This document shows, in pieces, positions 19,173-28,179 of a stretch of 64,000 nt of DNA. Source of the DNA: Polaribacter sp. GTDB lineage: Bacteria; Bacteroidota; Bacteroidia; Flavobacteriales; Flavobacteriaceae. Every line of letters begins with the position of its first letter. The first letter of the stretch is position 1. The stretch is from assembly GCA_042091715.1 (NCBI GenBank), contig JBELGW010000009.1:5270-69269 (forward strand), given 5' to 3'. The notes beneath the pieces are model-generated. The model ran no database searches. It was not told the origin of the DNA and was given only the letters and a program-made list of their open reading frames with translations. The position numbers and the translations under genes were made by a program.

Positions 19173-20708
19173 ATGGCAGGAGGAAAAATGTCTCCAAGAC
19201 AAAAAATGATCAACTTAATGTACCTTGTTTTTATTGCAATGCTTGCAATGAATATGAGTAAAGAGGTACTATCTGCATTTGGTTTTATGAATGCGGGGAT
19301 TGAAGAAAATAACGCAACCACGACGGCAAAAAACACCAAGGCCTATGCCACGTTAGCATCAAAAGCAAGTGATCAACCAGAGGAGTATGAAGCGTTGAAC
19401 ACCCAGGCATTAGAAATTCAAAAGTTATCAGGTGATCTTTATGATTATTTAGATGATCTGAAAAAAGAAATGACCAAAACTGTAGAGGATGCCAAAGATT
19501 ATCAATCTATGGACAAAACAGAATTCTTAGATACTTATTTCTTTCAAGGAGATGCCTATACAGCGAAAGGAGAAGAATTTCTAGCGAAAATAGGAAGTTT
19601 TAGAGAAGGTATTTCGGCTTCTTTAGGATCAGATAGTTCTTTAATTACTGCTGTGAATAGAAGATTTAATACCGATGTGCAAATCGATAAAGATGGGAAT
19701 GAAATTCCTTGGTTAAAATATAGATATGAAGGCTTTCCTTTAATTGCATCGATAGCTAATTTGACGCAAATGCAGTCAAATATTAAAAACACAGAAAGTG
19801 ATATTTTGACTTCCTTGCTTGGAGGAAAATTAGAAGAAGAGGTTTCTTTAAATAATTATGAAGGGATTGTTTCTTTGAGAAAATCGGCTTATTATGTGGG
19901 TGAAAAAGTAGAAGGAGTTGTTGTTTTAGGTAGATATGATAAAGGCTTGAAGCCAGATAAAGTAACCTTGAATGGACGCGATTATGGCAACATTGAAGAC
20001 GGTCAAGTTGTACTTGATTTCAATGCCGATCGATTGGGAGAAAATCCACTGAAAGGAGAAATTACTTTTACACAAGACGGTAAACCGATTAACGTGCCTT
20101 TCAACGGTATGTATACCGTAATACCTAAACCAAATGATGCCGTTATTTCTGCAGATGCGATGAACGTGGTTTATCGAGGAGTTGAAAACCCAATTTCAGT
20201 CTCTTTGCCGGGTGTGAGCAATAATAGTTTAAGAGTAACTGCCAAAGGTGGTAGCATTTCTAAAAAGGGTACAAGTTATATTATAAAGCCGGGTAAGGCC
20301 TCTGAAGTCACAGTAAATGTTGGCGCTACTTTGAGTAGTGGAGAACTGGTAAACTCACCGAAGAAATTTAGAGTGAAAGATATACCTGCAGCCATGGGAA
20401 TGATTCGTGGAACTTATGGAGTAGTAAAAATGCCAAAAACAAGCATTGCACGTGCTAGTCTAACTGCTGGTTTGCCAGACTTTGTTTTTGATTTGAAGTT
20501 GAAAGTGACGCAGTTTACGGTAAAAGTACCAGGTCAATTGGCGGTTACAGTAAAAGGATCTTCTTTCAATGCTGCAGCTAAGAGAATTTTAGCCAAAGCA
20601 CGTAGAAGAGATCAAATAACTATTTACGATATCAAGGCTGTTATTGAGAATAATACCTCTTACAAACTCAATAAAGTATTGCCAGTAATTATCGAGGTTT
20701 CTAATTAA
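19173..20708 (+). CDS. gldM: Gliding motility / T9SS motor protein GldM
   Basis: MAGGKMSPRQKMINLMYLVFIAMLAMNMSKEVLSAFG and ADAMNVVYRGVENPISVS. Confidence 0.97.
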   Translation: MAGGKMSPRQKMINLMYLVFIAMLAMNMSKEVLSAFGFMNAGIEENNATTTAKNTKAYATLASKASDQPEEYEALNTQALEIQKLSGDLYDYLDDLKKEMTKTVEDAKDYQSMDKTEFLDTYFFQGDAYTAKGEEFLAKIGSFREGISASLGSDSSLITAVNRRFNTDVQIDKDGNEIPWLKYRYEGFPLIASIANLTQMQSNIKNTESDILTSLLGGKLEEEVSLNNYEGIVSLRKSAYYVGEKVEGVVVLGRYDKGLKPDKVTLNGRDYGNIEDGQVVLDFNADRLGENPLKGEITFTQDGKPINVPFNGMYTVIPKPNDAVISADAMNVVYRGVENPISVSLPGVSNNSLRVTAKGGSISKKGTSYIIKPGKASEVTVNVGATLSSGELVNSPKKFRVKDIPAAMGMIRGTYGVVKMPKTSIARASLTAGLPDFVFDLKLKVTQFTVKVPGQLAVTVKGSSFNAAAKRILAKARRRDQITIYDIKAVIENNTSYKLNKVLPVIIEVSN

Positions 20709-20723
20709 GATTAATTGAAGAAT

Positions 20724-21581
20724 ATGCATAAGAAATTTTATTTCATCGTTTGTTTGGCAATTATAACTTCAGGAGTTATGCATGGACAAGCTAATTTATT
20801 AAACGCGAATAGTGTTGAGCAGATTGGGAAAAAGACCGTCCAACAGATAGCGGCTGATAACGATGCACCATTGCCATATAGTTACATAGATCAAAGAGAT
20901 GTACTCTGGTCTAAGGTAGTTTGGGAAGTAGTTGATTTAAATCAAAAAATTAACTTACCGTATTACTTTCCAATTGATACAATTAATATCTCAAATGATC
21001 GTCGTTCTTTATTTGATACCTTATATAAAGGCCTTCGAACGGGTGCCATAAAGGAAGCGTATTCAGATTCTTTTTTTAATGGAAAAGTAACGAGAGAGGA
21101 GATTGCAGATCTGTTAATCAATGTGCGTAAAGAGGGTGCTAATATTGATACTTTTAAAATTAGCACACAAGATATCACAGCGTTTAAGATTAAAGGAATG
21201 TGGTATTTTGACAAAAGACTCGGAGAGTTAAAATATAGGATGTTGGCAATTGCTCCATTGGGTCCTGATGTGAAAACATTGGGGGTTTCAGAAATAGAAG
21301 ACAATAATTTGTACGAATTATTTTGGGTGTTTTATCCTTCTGCAAGAGAACTATTGCACAAAGCGAAAGTATTCAACCCAAAGAATTCTTCACATCCCAT
21401 TTCACTTGACCATTTGCTCAATGCCCGCAGGTTTTCGTCTGTGGTGGTGAGAACAGAGAACATCTACAACAATCGTAAGATCTCAGATTACGTTCGAGGG
21501 AATTCTTTATTTCAACTGTTAGAAGCAGATAAGATAAAAGAAGACATTAGAAATAGAGAGATTGATATGTGGAATTATTAA
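20724..21581 (+). CDS. gldN: Gliding motility / T9SS protein GldN
   Basis: QANLLNA, DVLWSKVVWE, IKGMWYFDKRLGELKYR, LLNARRFSS; ends DMWNY. Confidence 0.96.
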   Translation: MHKKFYFIVCLAIITSGVMHGQANLLNANSVEQIGKKTVQQIAADNDAPLPYSYIDQRDVLWSKVVWEVVDLNQKINLPYYFPIDTINISNDRRSLFDTLYKGLRTGAIKEAYSDSFFNGKVTREEIADLLINVRKEGANIDTFKISTQDITAFKIKGMWYFDKRLGELKYRMLAIAPLGPDVKTLGVSEIEDNNLYELFWVFYPSARELLHKAKVFNPKNSSHPISLDHLLNARRFSSVVVRTENIYNNRKISDYVRGNSLFQLLEADKIKEDIRNREIDMWNY

Positions 21582-21600
21582 TAACTATCTAAGATAAACT

Positions 21601-21633
21601 AAAAAAGCGCTCTGAATTTCAGAGCGCTTTTTT
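21601..21633 (+). terminator. Intrinsic terminator after gldN
   Basis: AAAAAAGCGCTCTGA-AT-TTCAGAGCGCTTTTTT. Confidence 0.9.
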
Positions 21634-21645
21634 ATTTTATTAGCG

Positions 21646-21653
21646 TATTTTTG
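21646..21653 (+). promoter_or_regulatory. -7 element (TATTTTTG) for the FAD oxidoreductase
   Basis: TAnnTTTG 4 nt before ATG 21658. Confidence 0.5.
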
Positions 21654-21657
21654 TACT

Positions 21658-22698
21658 ATGAAAGTAGATTATATTGTGGTTGGTTTGGGTTTGGCAGGCC
21701 TAGCATTTATTGAAGAGTTGCTAGCGGCGAACAAAACCTTTGTTGTGTTTGAAGACGCTTCTCAGACCTCTTCGTTAGTGGCAGGAGGTGTGTACAATCC
21801 GGTAATTCTAAAGCGTTTTACACCAGTTTGGAATGCCAAGGAACAATTGGCAATAGCATTGCCTTTTTATAAAAGAATTGAAGATAAACTCCAGATTCGT
21901 GTGGATGAAAAGTTTGTCATCAAGAAAGTATTCAAGTCTATTGAAGATCAGAACATGTGGTTTGAAGCACTAGATAAACCGAGACTTGTTGATTACATGA
22001 GTCCCGATTTGGACACGAAAAGCTATCCAGGGGTTTTAGCCAATTATAGTTTTGGTAATGTTCAACAAGCCGGGAGAGTAGATACTGAAAAATTGGTTAC
22101 TGCTTACCGATCTTATCTAGAAGAAAAGCAATGCATTCGCTTTGAAAGATTGATATATGAAGATTTGTTGCTCGATGATCATGGCTTGAGCTATAAGGAC
22201 ATCACCGCGTCGAAAATCATATTTTGTGAAGGCTTTGGAATCAAGAAAAATCCTTTTTTTAAACACCTCCCTTTAAATGGTACCAAAGGAGAAGTGATTA
22301 CCATACATGCACCTGACCTAAACATTGATTTTTTATTAAAATCTAGTCTTTTTGTGCTGCCTTTAGGCGGTAACTTGTTCAAAGTAGGGGCAACTTTTAA
22401 TTGGGCAGACAAAACATCTGATCCTACCCAAGAGGGAAGGACAGAGTTGGTTGAGAAATTGGATAACATAATAGACGTTCCTTATCGTATTGTAAAGCAA
22501 TCTGCAGGGGTGCGGCCTACAGTAGCCGGTAGAAGACCACTGGTAGGAGTTCATCCAGTATACAAGCAATTACTCATTTTAAATGGCTTGGGTACCCGTG
22601 GTGTAATGATTGCTCCAACCATGGCCAAAAGCTTATTCAATCACGTTGAAAACGGGCAGGTCCTAGCCGAAGAAATAGACATTCGTAGATTTTCTTAG
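21658..22698 (+). CDS. FAD-dependent oxidoreductase (DAO/glycine oxidase-like)
   Basis: IVVGLGLAG dinucleotide fold, GTKGEV, KVGATF, AGVRPT, NGLGTRGV. Confidence 0.88.
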   Translation: MKVDYIVVGLGLAGLAFIEELLAANKTFVVFEDASQTSSLVAGGVYNPVILKRFTPVWNAKEQLAIALPFYKRIEDKLQIRVDEKFVIKKVFKSIEDQNMWFEALDKPRLVDYMSPDLDTKSYPGVLANYSFGNVQQAGRVDTEKLVTAYRSYLEEKQCIRFERLIYEDLLLDDHGLSYKDITASKIIFCEGFGIKKNPFFKHLPLNGTKGEVITIHAPDLNIDFLLKSSLFVLPLGGNLFKVGATFNWADKTSDPTQEGRTELVEKLDNIIDVPYRIVKQSAGVRPTVAGRRPLVGVHPVYKQLLILNGLGTRGVMIAPTMAKSLFNHVENGQVLAEEIDIRRFS

Positions 22699-23081
22699 AC
22701 TTCCTTCTCTGAGACGTTCTTGAAGGAAACAAACATATTGATCCAAAGGATTCTTGACAATCTTAAATTCAAGGGCATCAAGATTAAGGTGGCGGCTATA
22801 ATAACTCCAAAAGAGGCTAAGAGTTCTAAATCAAAGAGCAAGGTTGTAATTAAAAATGTTACAATGCATGTAGCCACTGTAATGGCATATCCTACATACA
22901 TGGCTCCATAGAAAAAAGATGGCTCTAGCATATAATTTAAGTTGCAGTGCTGACAATGTTCATGGAGTTTAGTGACTCTACTTGGGGCATAGGTATAGCG
23001 ATATTTAAAAAAATCTCCTTCATGACATTTCGGACATTTGTTGTAAAATACGCTATAACTTTTTGTGCCTTTTTTAAACAT
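22695..23081 (-). CDS. DUF983-like membrane protein
   Basis: N-terminal CPKC and CQHC motifs, EPSFFYGAMYVGY, two TM helices. Confidence 0.75.
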   Translation of the reverse strand: MFKKGTKSYSVFYNKCPKCHEGDFFKYRYTYAPSRVTKLHEHCQHCNLNYMLEPSFFYGAMYVGYAITVATCIVTFLITTLLFDLELLASFGVIIAATLILMPLNLRLSRILWINMFVSFKNVSEKEV

Positions 23082-23102
23082 TATTAGATGAATAATTTAA
23101 TG

Positions 23103-23110
23103 TAGATTTG
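23103..23110 (+). promoter_or_regulatory. -7 element (TAGATTTG) for the ABC-F gene
   Basis: TAnnTTTG 24 nt upstream of ATG 23135. Confidence 0.55.
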
Positions 23111-23134
23111 CAAATACAAAATTACGAAAAATAG

Positions 23135-25054
23135 ATGCTTAACGTACATAATTTATCGGTCTCTTTTATGGGGTCAGATTTGTTTTCTGGAATCACTTTT
23201 AAACTAAATAAAGGAGATAGAGTCGGATTGATTGGAAAAAATGGAGCAGGGAAATCTACGCTCTTAAAAGTCTTGTCTAAAGACATTGAGACAAGTGGAG
23301 GAACCATGGCCTTTGACAAGGATATACGCATGGGATTCTTGCGTCAGGATATCGATTTTGTTGCAGGAAGAACCATCCTTGAAGAAGCCTACCAAGCTTT
23401 TGAAGAAATTAAAGAAATTGAGCAGAAACTGGAGGGGATCAACAATCAATTGGCAACAAGAACAGATTATGAAAGTGAGGCATACAGTCAATTAATTATT
23501 GATTTAACCGATTTAACAGAGCGTTATGAATTGTTAGGAGGTTACAATTACCAAGGAGATACAGAGAAAATTTTACAAGGTTTAGGTTTTCAACGCGAAG
23601 ATTTTGACAAACTCACAGATACCTTTTCTGGTGGATGGAGAATGCGCATTGAACTGGCAAAATTATTGTTACAAGACAACGATATCTTATTACTCGATGA
23701 GCCAACAAACCACTTGGATATCGAATCTATTATTTGGTTAGAAAACTTTTTAAAAGGATATTCTGGAGCCATTGTACTGGTGTCGCATGATAAAATGTTC
23801 TTAGACCATGTAACCAATAGAACCATTGAGATTTCTTTAGGCCAGATTTACGATTATAAAAAGCCCTATTCTCAGTTCTTATTATTGCGCGGAGAGATTA
23901 AAGAAAAACAATTGCAGGCGCAGAAAAATCAGGAAAGAGAAATCAAGCAGAAGCAACATTTAATTGATAAGTTCAAAGCTAAGGCAAGCAAAGCCTCTAT
24001 GGCACAATCGCTAATGAAACAGCTCGATAAAGTAGAGAGAATTGAGGTAGATCAAGATGATAATGCCACCATGAATGTGCGCTTTGCAGTTTCCAAAGAG
24101 CCCGGTAAAATTGTAGTCGAAGCAGAAAACATGAGTAAAAGTTATGGTGAAAAACACGTACTTGAGCATGTAGACTTGTTAATTGAGAGAAATAGCAGAA
24201 TTGCTTTTGTAGGACAGAATGGACAAGGAAAATCTACCTTGGCAAAAATGATGGTGGGTGACATCCCTTTTGAAGGGCATTTAAAGTTAGGGCATAATGT
24301 TGAGATTGGGTATTTCGCACAAAATCAGTCAGAGCATTTGCCTCCAGAGAAGACCGTGTTGCAAATTATGGAAGATGCTGCCACAGATTCAAACAGAGCG
24401 CGTGTTCGAGACATGTTAGGAGCCTTTTTATTTGGAGGAGATGCGGTAGATAAAAAAGCAAAAGTACTTTCTGGAGGAGAACGTAATCGTTTGGCTTTGT
24501 GTAAATTGTTGTTGTCTCCATTCAATGTATTAATCATGGATGAGCCTACAAATCACCTTGACATAGCCTCTAAGAATGTCTTAAAACAAGCCCTGCAGAA
24601 CTTTAAAGGAACCTTGATTCTAGTATCGCATGATCGTGATTTCTTGCAAGGATTGACAAATACCGTATATGGTTTTAAAGACAAGGTCATCAAAGAATAC
24701 CTTGGCGATATTGATTATTTCTTGGAGCAGCATAAAATGGAAAATCTGCGAGAGGCAGAAAAGAAAACCGTGGTGAAAGTAGCGAAGTCCTCTTCAAAAA
24801 AAGAAGACTATCAACTTAGCAAAGCAGATGAAAAGGAGTTGAAAAAGCTCAAAAATAAATTGTCTAAAATAGAGTCCGAGATTGCAGCTTTAGAAACCGA
24901 AATTGAAAAAATCGATTTGGAATTGGCACAGAATTATGAAGAAGTTGCAGCGAGGCCAAATTTCTTTGAAAATTACAAAGCAAAAAAAGCAACATTAGAC
25001 ACATTGATGACAGACTGGGAGCGCATAGAGGAGCAAGTTTCGGCCATTTCATAG
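23135..25054 (+). CDS. ABC-F family ribosome-associated ATPase
   Basis: Two ABC cassettes (GKNGAGKST/FSGGW/LLDEPTNHLD; GQNGQGKST/LSGGE/MDEPTNHLD), no TM segments, C-terminal coiled coil. Confidence 0.95.
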   Translation: MLNVHNLSVSFMGSDLFSGITFKLNKGDRVGLIGKNGAGKSTLLKVLSKDIETSGGTMAFDKDIRMGFLRQDIDFVAGRTILEEAYQAFEEIKEIEQKLEGINNQLATRTDYESEAYSQLIIDLTDLTERYELLGGYNYQGDTEKILQGLGFQREDFDKLTDTFSGGWRMRIELAKLLLQDNDILLLDEPTNHLDIESIIWLENFLKGYSGAIVLVSHDKMFLDHVTNRTIEISLGQIYDYKKPYSQFLLLRGEIKEKQLQAQKNQEREIKQKQHLIDKFKAKASKASMAQSLMKQLDKVERIEVDQDDNATMNVRFAVSKEPGKIVVEAENMSKSYGEKHVLEHVDLLIERNSRIAFVGQNGQGKSTLAKMMVGDIPFEGHLKLGHNVEIGYFAQNQSEHLPPEKTVLQIMEDAATDSNRARVRDMLGAFLFGGDAVDKKAKVLSGGERNRLALCKLLLSPFNVLIMDEPTNHLDIASKNVLKQALQNFKGTLILVSHDRDFLQGLTNTVYGFKDKVIKEYLGDIDYFLEQHKMENLREAEKKTVVKVAKSSSKKEDYQLSKADEKELKKLKNKLSKIESEIAALETEIEKIDLELAQNYEEVAARPNFFENYKAKKATLDTLMTDWERIEEQVSAIS

Positions 25055-25063
25055 GATTCATGT

Positions 25064-26002
25064 ATGTTTAGCGCTCCGATAGAAACAGCAAATCAAGAAG
25101 TTCATTTCTCTCCATTAAAAGAGAAAAATATTCGCCTGTTTTTAAAGAGAGAAGATCAGATTCATCCCTTTGTTTCAGGAAATAAATATAGAAAGCTGAA
25201 GTACAATATTCAAGAAGCTAAGAATTTGAGAAAAGACACTTTACTCACTTTTGGAGGTGCTTTTTCAAATCATATTGTTGCAGTGGCGGTTGCAGGAAAT
25301 CGCGCGGGACTCAAAACTATTGGTGTCATTCGAGGAGAAGAGCTTGGTGTTGATCTGGCTAAGACCTTGGCAAACAATGCTACCTTGAGAGAAGCTCATG
25401 CCCACGGAATGCAATTTCATTGGGTTAGCAGAGCGGCCTATCGTACCAAAACAACTCCAAACTTTATTGCGTCTTTAAAAGCAACATTTGGAGATTTTTA
25501 TCTCATACCCGAAGGAGGAACGAATCCATTAGCAGTGCAGGGGTGTGAAGAAATATTAACGTCAAAAGATACTCGTTTTAATTATGTTTGTGCTGCAGTA
25601 GGAACAGGAGGTACACTTGCCGGTTTGATAAATGCTACACAGAGCCATCAAAAGGTTCTCGGTTTTCCCGCACTTAAAGGAGAGTTTCTAACCAAAGAAA
25701 TTACACATTTTATAAGGAGTTCTAACAGATGGGACTTGATAGATGACTATCATTTTGGAGGCTATGCAAAGTACAATGAATCGCTGATCTCTTTTCTAAA
25801 CACTTTTAAAGAAGAAACAAGCATACTGTTAGATCCTATTTATACGGGAAAAATGCTCTTCGGTATTGTTGATTTGATTAAAAAGAACTATTTTTCAGAA
25901 AATACAAGTGTTTTAGCAATTCATACTGGCGGACTTCAAGGCATTGATGGTTTCAATCGTATGCTGGCTAAAAAGAACCAAAAATTGATCAACCTTTCAT
26001 GA
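25064..26002 (+). CDS. PLP enzyme, ACC deaminase / D-cysteine desulfhydrase family
   Basis: KREDQIH, SGNKYRKL (PLP Lys), GGAFSNH, IPEGG, AVGTGGT, LDPIYTGK, IHTGGLQG. Confidence 0.9.
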   Translation: MFSAPIETANQEVHFSPLKEKNIRLFLKREDQIHPFVSGNKYRKLKYNIQEAKNLRKDTLLTFGGAFSNHIVAVAVAGNRAGLKTIGVIRGEELGVDLAKTLANNATLREAHAHGMQFHWVSRAAYRTKTTPNFIASLKATFGDFYLIPEGGTNPLAVQGCEEILTSKDTRFNYVCAAVGTGGTLAGLINATQSHQKVLGFPALKGEFLTKEITHFIRSSNRWDLIDDYHFGGYAKYNESLISFLNTFKEETSILLDPIYTGKMLFGIVDLIKKNYFSENTSVLAIHTGGLQGIDGFNRMLAKKNQKLINLS

Positions 26003-26868
26003 AATTACAATCGTATATCCTTATTGCTTTGTTGACTCTTTTTATCGCGAGCTGTGGTGCTAAAAAAACAGTGGTTGCAGCGTCAAAGAAAACATCGAAG
26101 AAAACATCAAAGAAAACAAAAGCCGTGGCTAAATTGCCCTCTGTACAGCAAAAGGAACACGTTAAAAAGCTTGTAAAGAAGAATGTAAATCTCAATAAAT
26201 ACACCTTAAGTTATATTAAAAAATACGCTCCTCTTGCTGTAATTAAAATGCACGAATATAATATTCCTGCAAGCATCACTCTGGCACAAGGAATCTTAGA
26301 ATCGGGGAATGGTAGAAGCATCTTGGCTTCAAAGTCTAACAATCACTTTGGTATCAAATGCCATAGGGGTTGGACAGGAGAACGAGTATATCACGATGAT
26401 GATAAAAAAGACGATTGCTTCAGAAAGTATCCCTATGTAGAGCAGTCATACAATGACCATTCTAAATTTCTAACAGGAAGAAATAGATATGCGTTTCTCT
26501 TTAAACTAAAGAGAAATGATTACAAAGGTTGGGCAAAAGGCTTGAAGAAAGCAGGATATGCCACCGATAAAAAATATCCTAAGAAATTGATGAGAATCAT
26601 TGAAACCTATGAATTATTTACTTTTGATAAGGTCAAGAAGAAAGATTTAATGAACTACAAAAAAACAAATAGCAAGGACGTTGTTGTTGCAATCGCTAAA
26701 AAGCCATCTTCATCGAATACAAAGGCAGGTGCTTTTTACATTGTGAAAAAAGGAGATACTTTGTATTCCATCTCAAGAAAAACAAACCTTTCTGTGAGTG
26801 AATTGATAAAGCGTAATAACTTAAAGTCTAATATCATTAGCATTGGGCAGCGCTTACAATTAAACTAA
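25999..26868 (+). CDS. Lipoprotein peptidoglycan hydrolase (GH73 glucosaminidase plus LysM)
   Basis: Lipobox IASC, IPASITLAQGILESG, NNHFGIKC, LKKAGYATD and C-terminal LysM (YIVKKGDTLYSISR). Confidence 0.93.
   Translation: MKLQSYILIALLTLFIASCGAKKTVVAASKKTSKKTSKKTKAVAKLPSVQQKEHVKKLVKKNVNLNKYTLSYIKKYAPLAVIKMHEYNIPASITLAQGILESGNGRSILASKSNNHFGIKCHRGWTGERVYHDDDKKDDCFRKYPYVEQSYNDHSKFLTGRNRYAFLFKLKRNDYKGWAKGLKKAGYATDKKYPKKLMRIIETYELFTFDKVKKKDLMNYKKTNSKDVVVAIAKKPSSSNTKAGAFYIVKKGDTLYSISRKTNLSVSELIKRNNLKSNIISIGQRLQLN
26083..26118 (+). repeat. 3 x 12-bp tandem repeat encoding (SKKT)3
   Basis: tcaaagaaaaca / tcgaagaaaaca / tcaaagaaaaca. Confidence 0.85.
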
Positions 26869-26874
26869 GACGTC

Positions 26875-27390
26875 ATGAAAATTATCAAAGCCGTAAACGG
26901 TCACTATCCACAAATACCTGAAGGGTGCTTTATCGCAGAAAATGCAACCATTGTAGGCGAGGTTTCCATGGGAAAAGATTGCAGTGTTTGGTACAATGCA
27001 GTCATTCGCGGAGATGTACACTATATCAAAATGGGCACTAAGGTAAATGTGCAAGATGGCGCTGTAATTCATGCGACCTATCAAAAATCTCCAACAACTA
27101 TCGGCAATAATGTTTCTATTGGACACAATGCCATTGTGCATGGATGTACCATTCATGATGATGTGTTAATTGGCATGGGAAGTATTGTGATGGATGATTG
27201 TATTGTAGAGAGCAATTCTATTATTGCAGCAGGTGCTGTACTCACAAAAAACACACACGTAAAAAGTGGTAGTGTCTATGCAGGAGTACCAGCGCGGAAA
27301 GTAAAAGATATTTCTAAAGAATTGATTTCAGATGAAATACATCGCATCGCAGAAAAATATGTGACCTATGCTTCCTGGGTAAAAGAATAG
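26875..27390 (+). CDS. Gamma-class carbonic anhydrase family (hexapeptide repeat) protein
   Basis: VWYNAVIRGD, NVQDGAVIH, IGHNAIVHG (Zn-binding His residues), IGMGSIVMD. Confidence 0.92.
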   Translation: MKIIKAVNGHYPQIPEGCFIAENATIVGEVSMGKDCSVWYNAVIRGDVHYIKMGTKVNVQDGAVIHATYQKSPTTIGNNVSIGHNAIVHGCTIHDDVLIGMGSIVMDDCIVESNSIIAAGAVLTKNTHVKSGSVYAGVPARKVKDISKELISDEIHRIAEKYVTYASWVKE

Positions 27391-27490
27391 AAAGATTGTG
27401 ATGTCTCAAACGGTATTTTAATGAATGCATAAAACCCAATAGAGCATTCCATTGAGTTTTGGGTATTAGGTGAGTTGTGATATTGGTGAT

Positions 27491-28066
27491 TTATCGACGT
27501 GCACGCTTTAAACGCTTTGCCATTTTCATTTTTTTTGCTTTTTCCATTTTCTGTTTGGCAACACGCATGTTGCGTAGTTGAATTTTCTTATACTTTGCAT
27601 ATTGGCCGTCATTCAAGATGTTTTTCATGCCTTTTCGCATAGCAATCATATGATCTAGAGCACGGTTTTTAGCTTCAAAATTGTCTACACGTTCTCTTTT
27701 TCTCATTTTTGTGGCAAGCGGTCTGTTGATATTTCCATTTTCAAGTTCTCTTTGTACACTTCTTCTGAATTCAGCATCAGATTTACTTTTCTTTCGAAGT
27801 GACATCAGTTTTTCTCGTTGCTGCATGCGCTCTTTTCTTTCTGCGAATCGTCTATTCATTCTTTCTGCTGAGAGCTCTTTCATCAGTGCTTTGACGCTCT
27901 TGGCTTGTTGCTTATTCAAATCTAGTTGTAGGGTTAATTTTTTTACAGCGAGTGTTCTGCGCTGCTCAAGTTGCACTGCATCTGCACGTTTTAGTTGTTT
28001 TCTTTCTTGAGAAAACCCTGTACTAGCCGTAAGTAGGAATGCTACTAAAAATAGGATATTTTTCAT
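27491..28066 (-). CDS. Exported, highly basic alpha-helical hypothetical protein (Spy/CpxP-like)
   Basis: Signal peptide ending GFS/Q; LTLQLDLNKQQ and ILNDGQYAKY resemble LTxxQ motifs; very K/R-rich. Confidence 0.6.
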   Translation of the reverse strand: MKNILFLVAFLLTASTGFSQERKQLKRADAVQLEQRRTLAVKKLTLQLDLNKQQAKSVKALMKELSAERMNRRFAERKERMQQREKLMSLRKKSKSDAEFRRSVQRELENGNINRPLATKMRKRERVDNFEAKNRALDHMIAMRKGMKNILNDGQYAKYKKIQLRNMRVAKQKMEKAKKMKMAKRLKRARR

Positions 28067-28179
28067 CTTTTTTAAATTTAAATGGTTATTTCGTTTGTTT
28101 CTTTGACATTAAAAACTTCAAAAGGTTTAACTTTGAGTGTTCTTTTAATACTTCTTTAACAATTATAATCGCAGTACCT

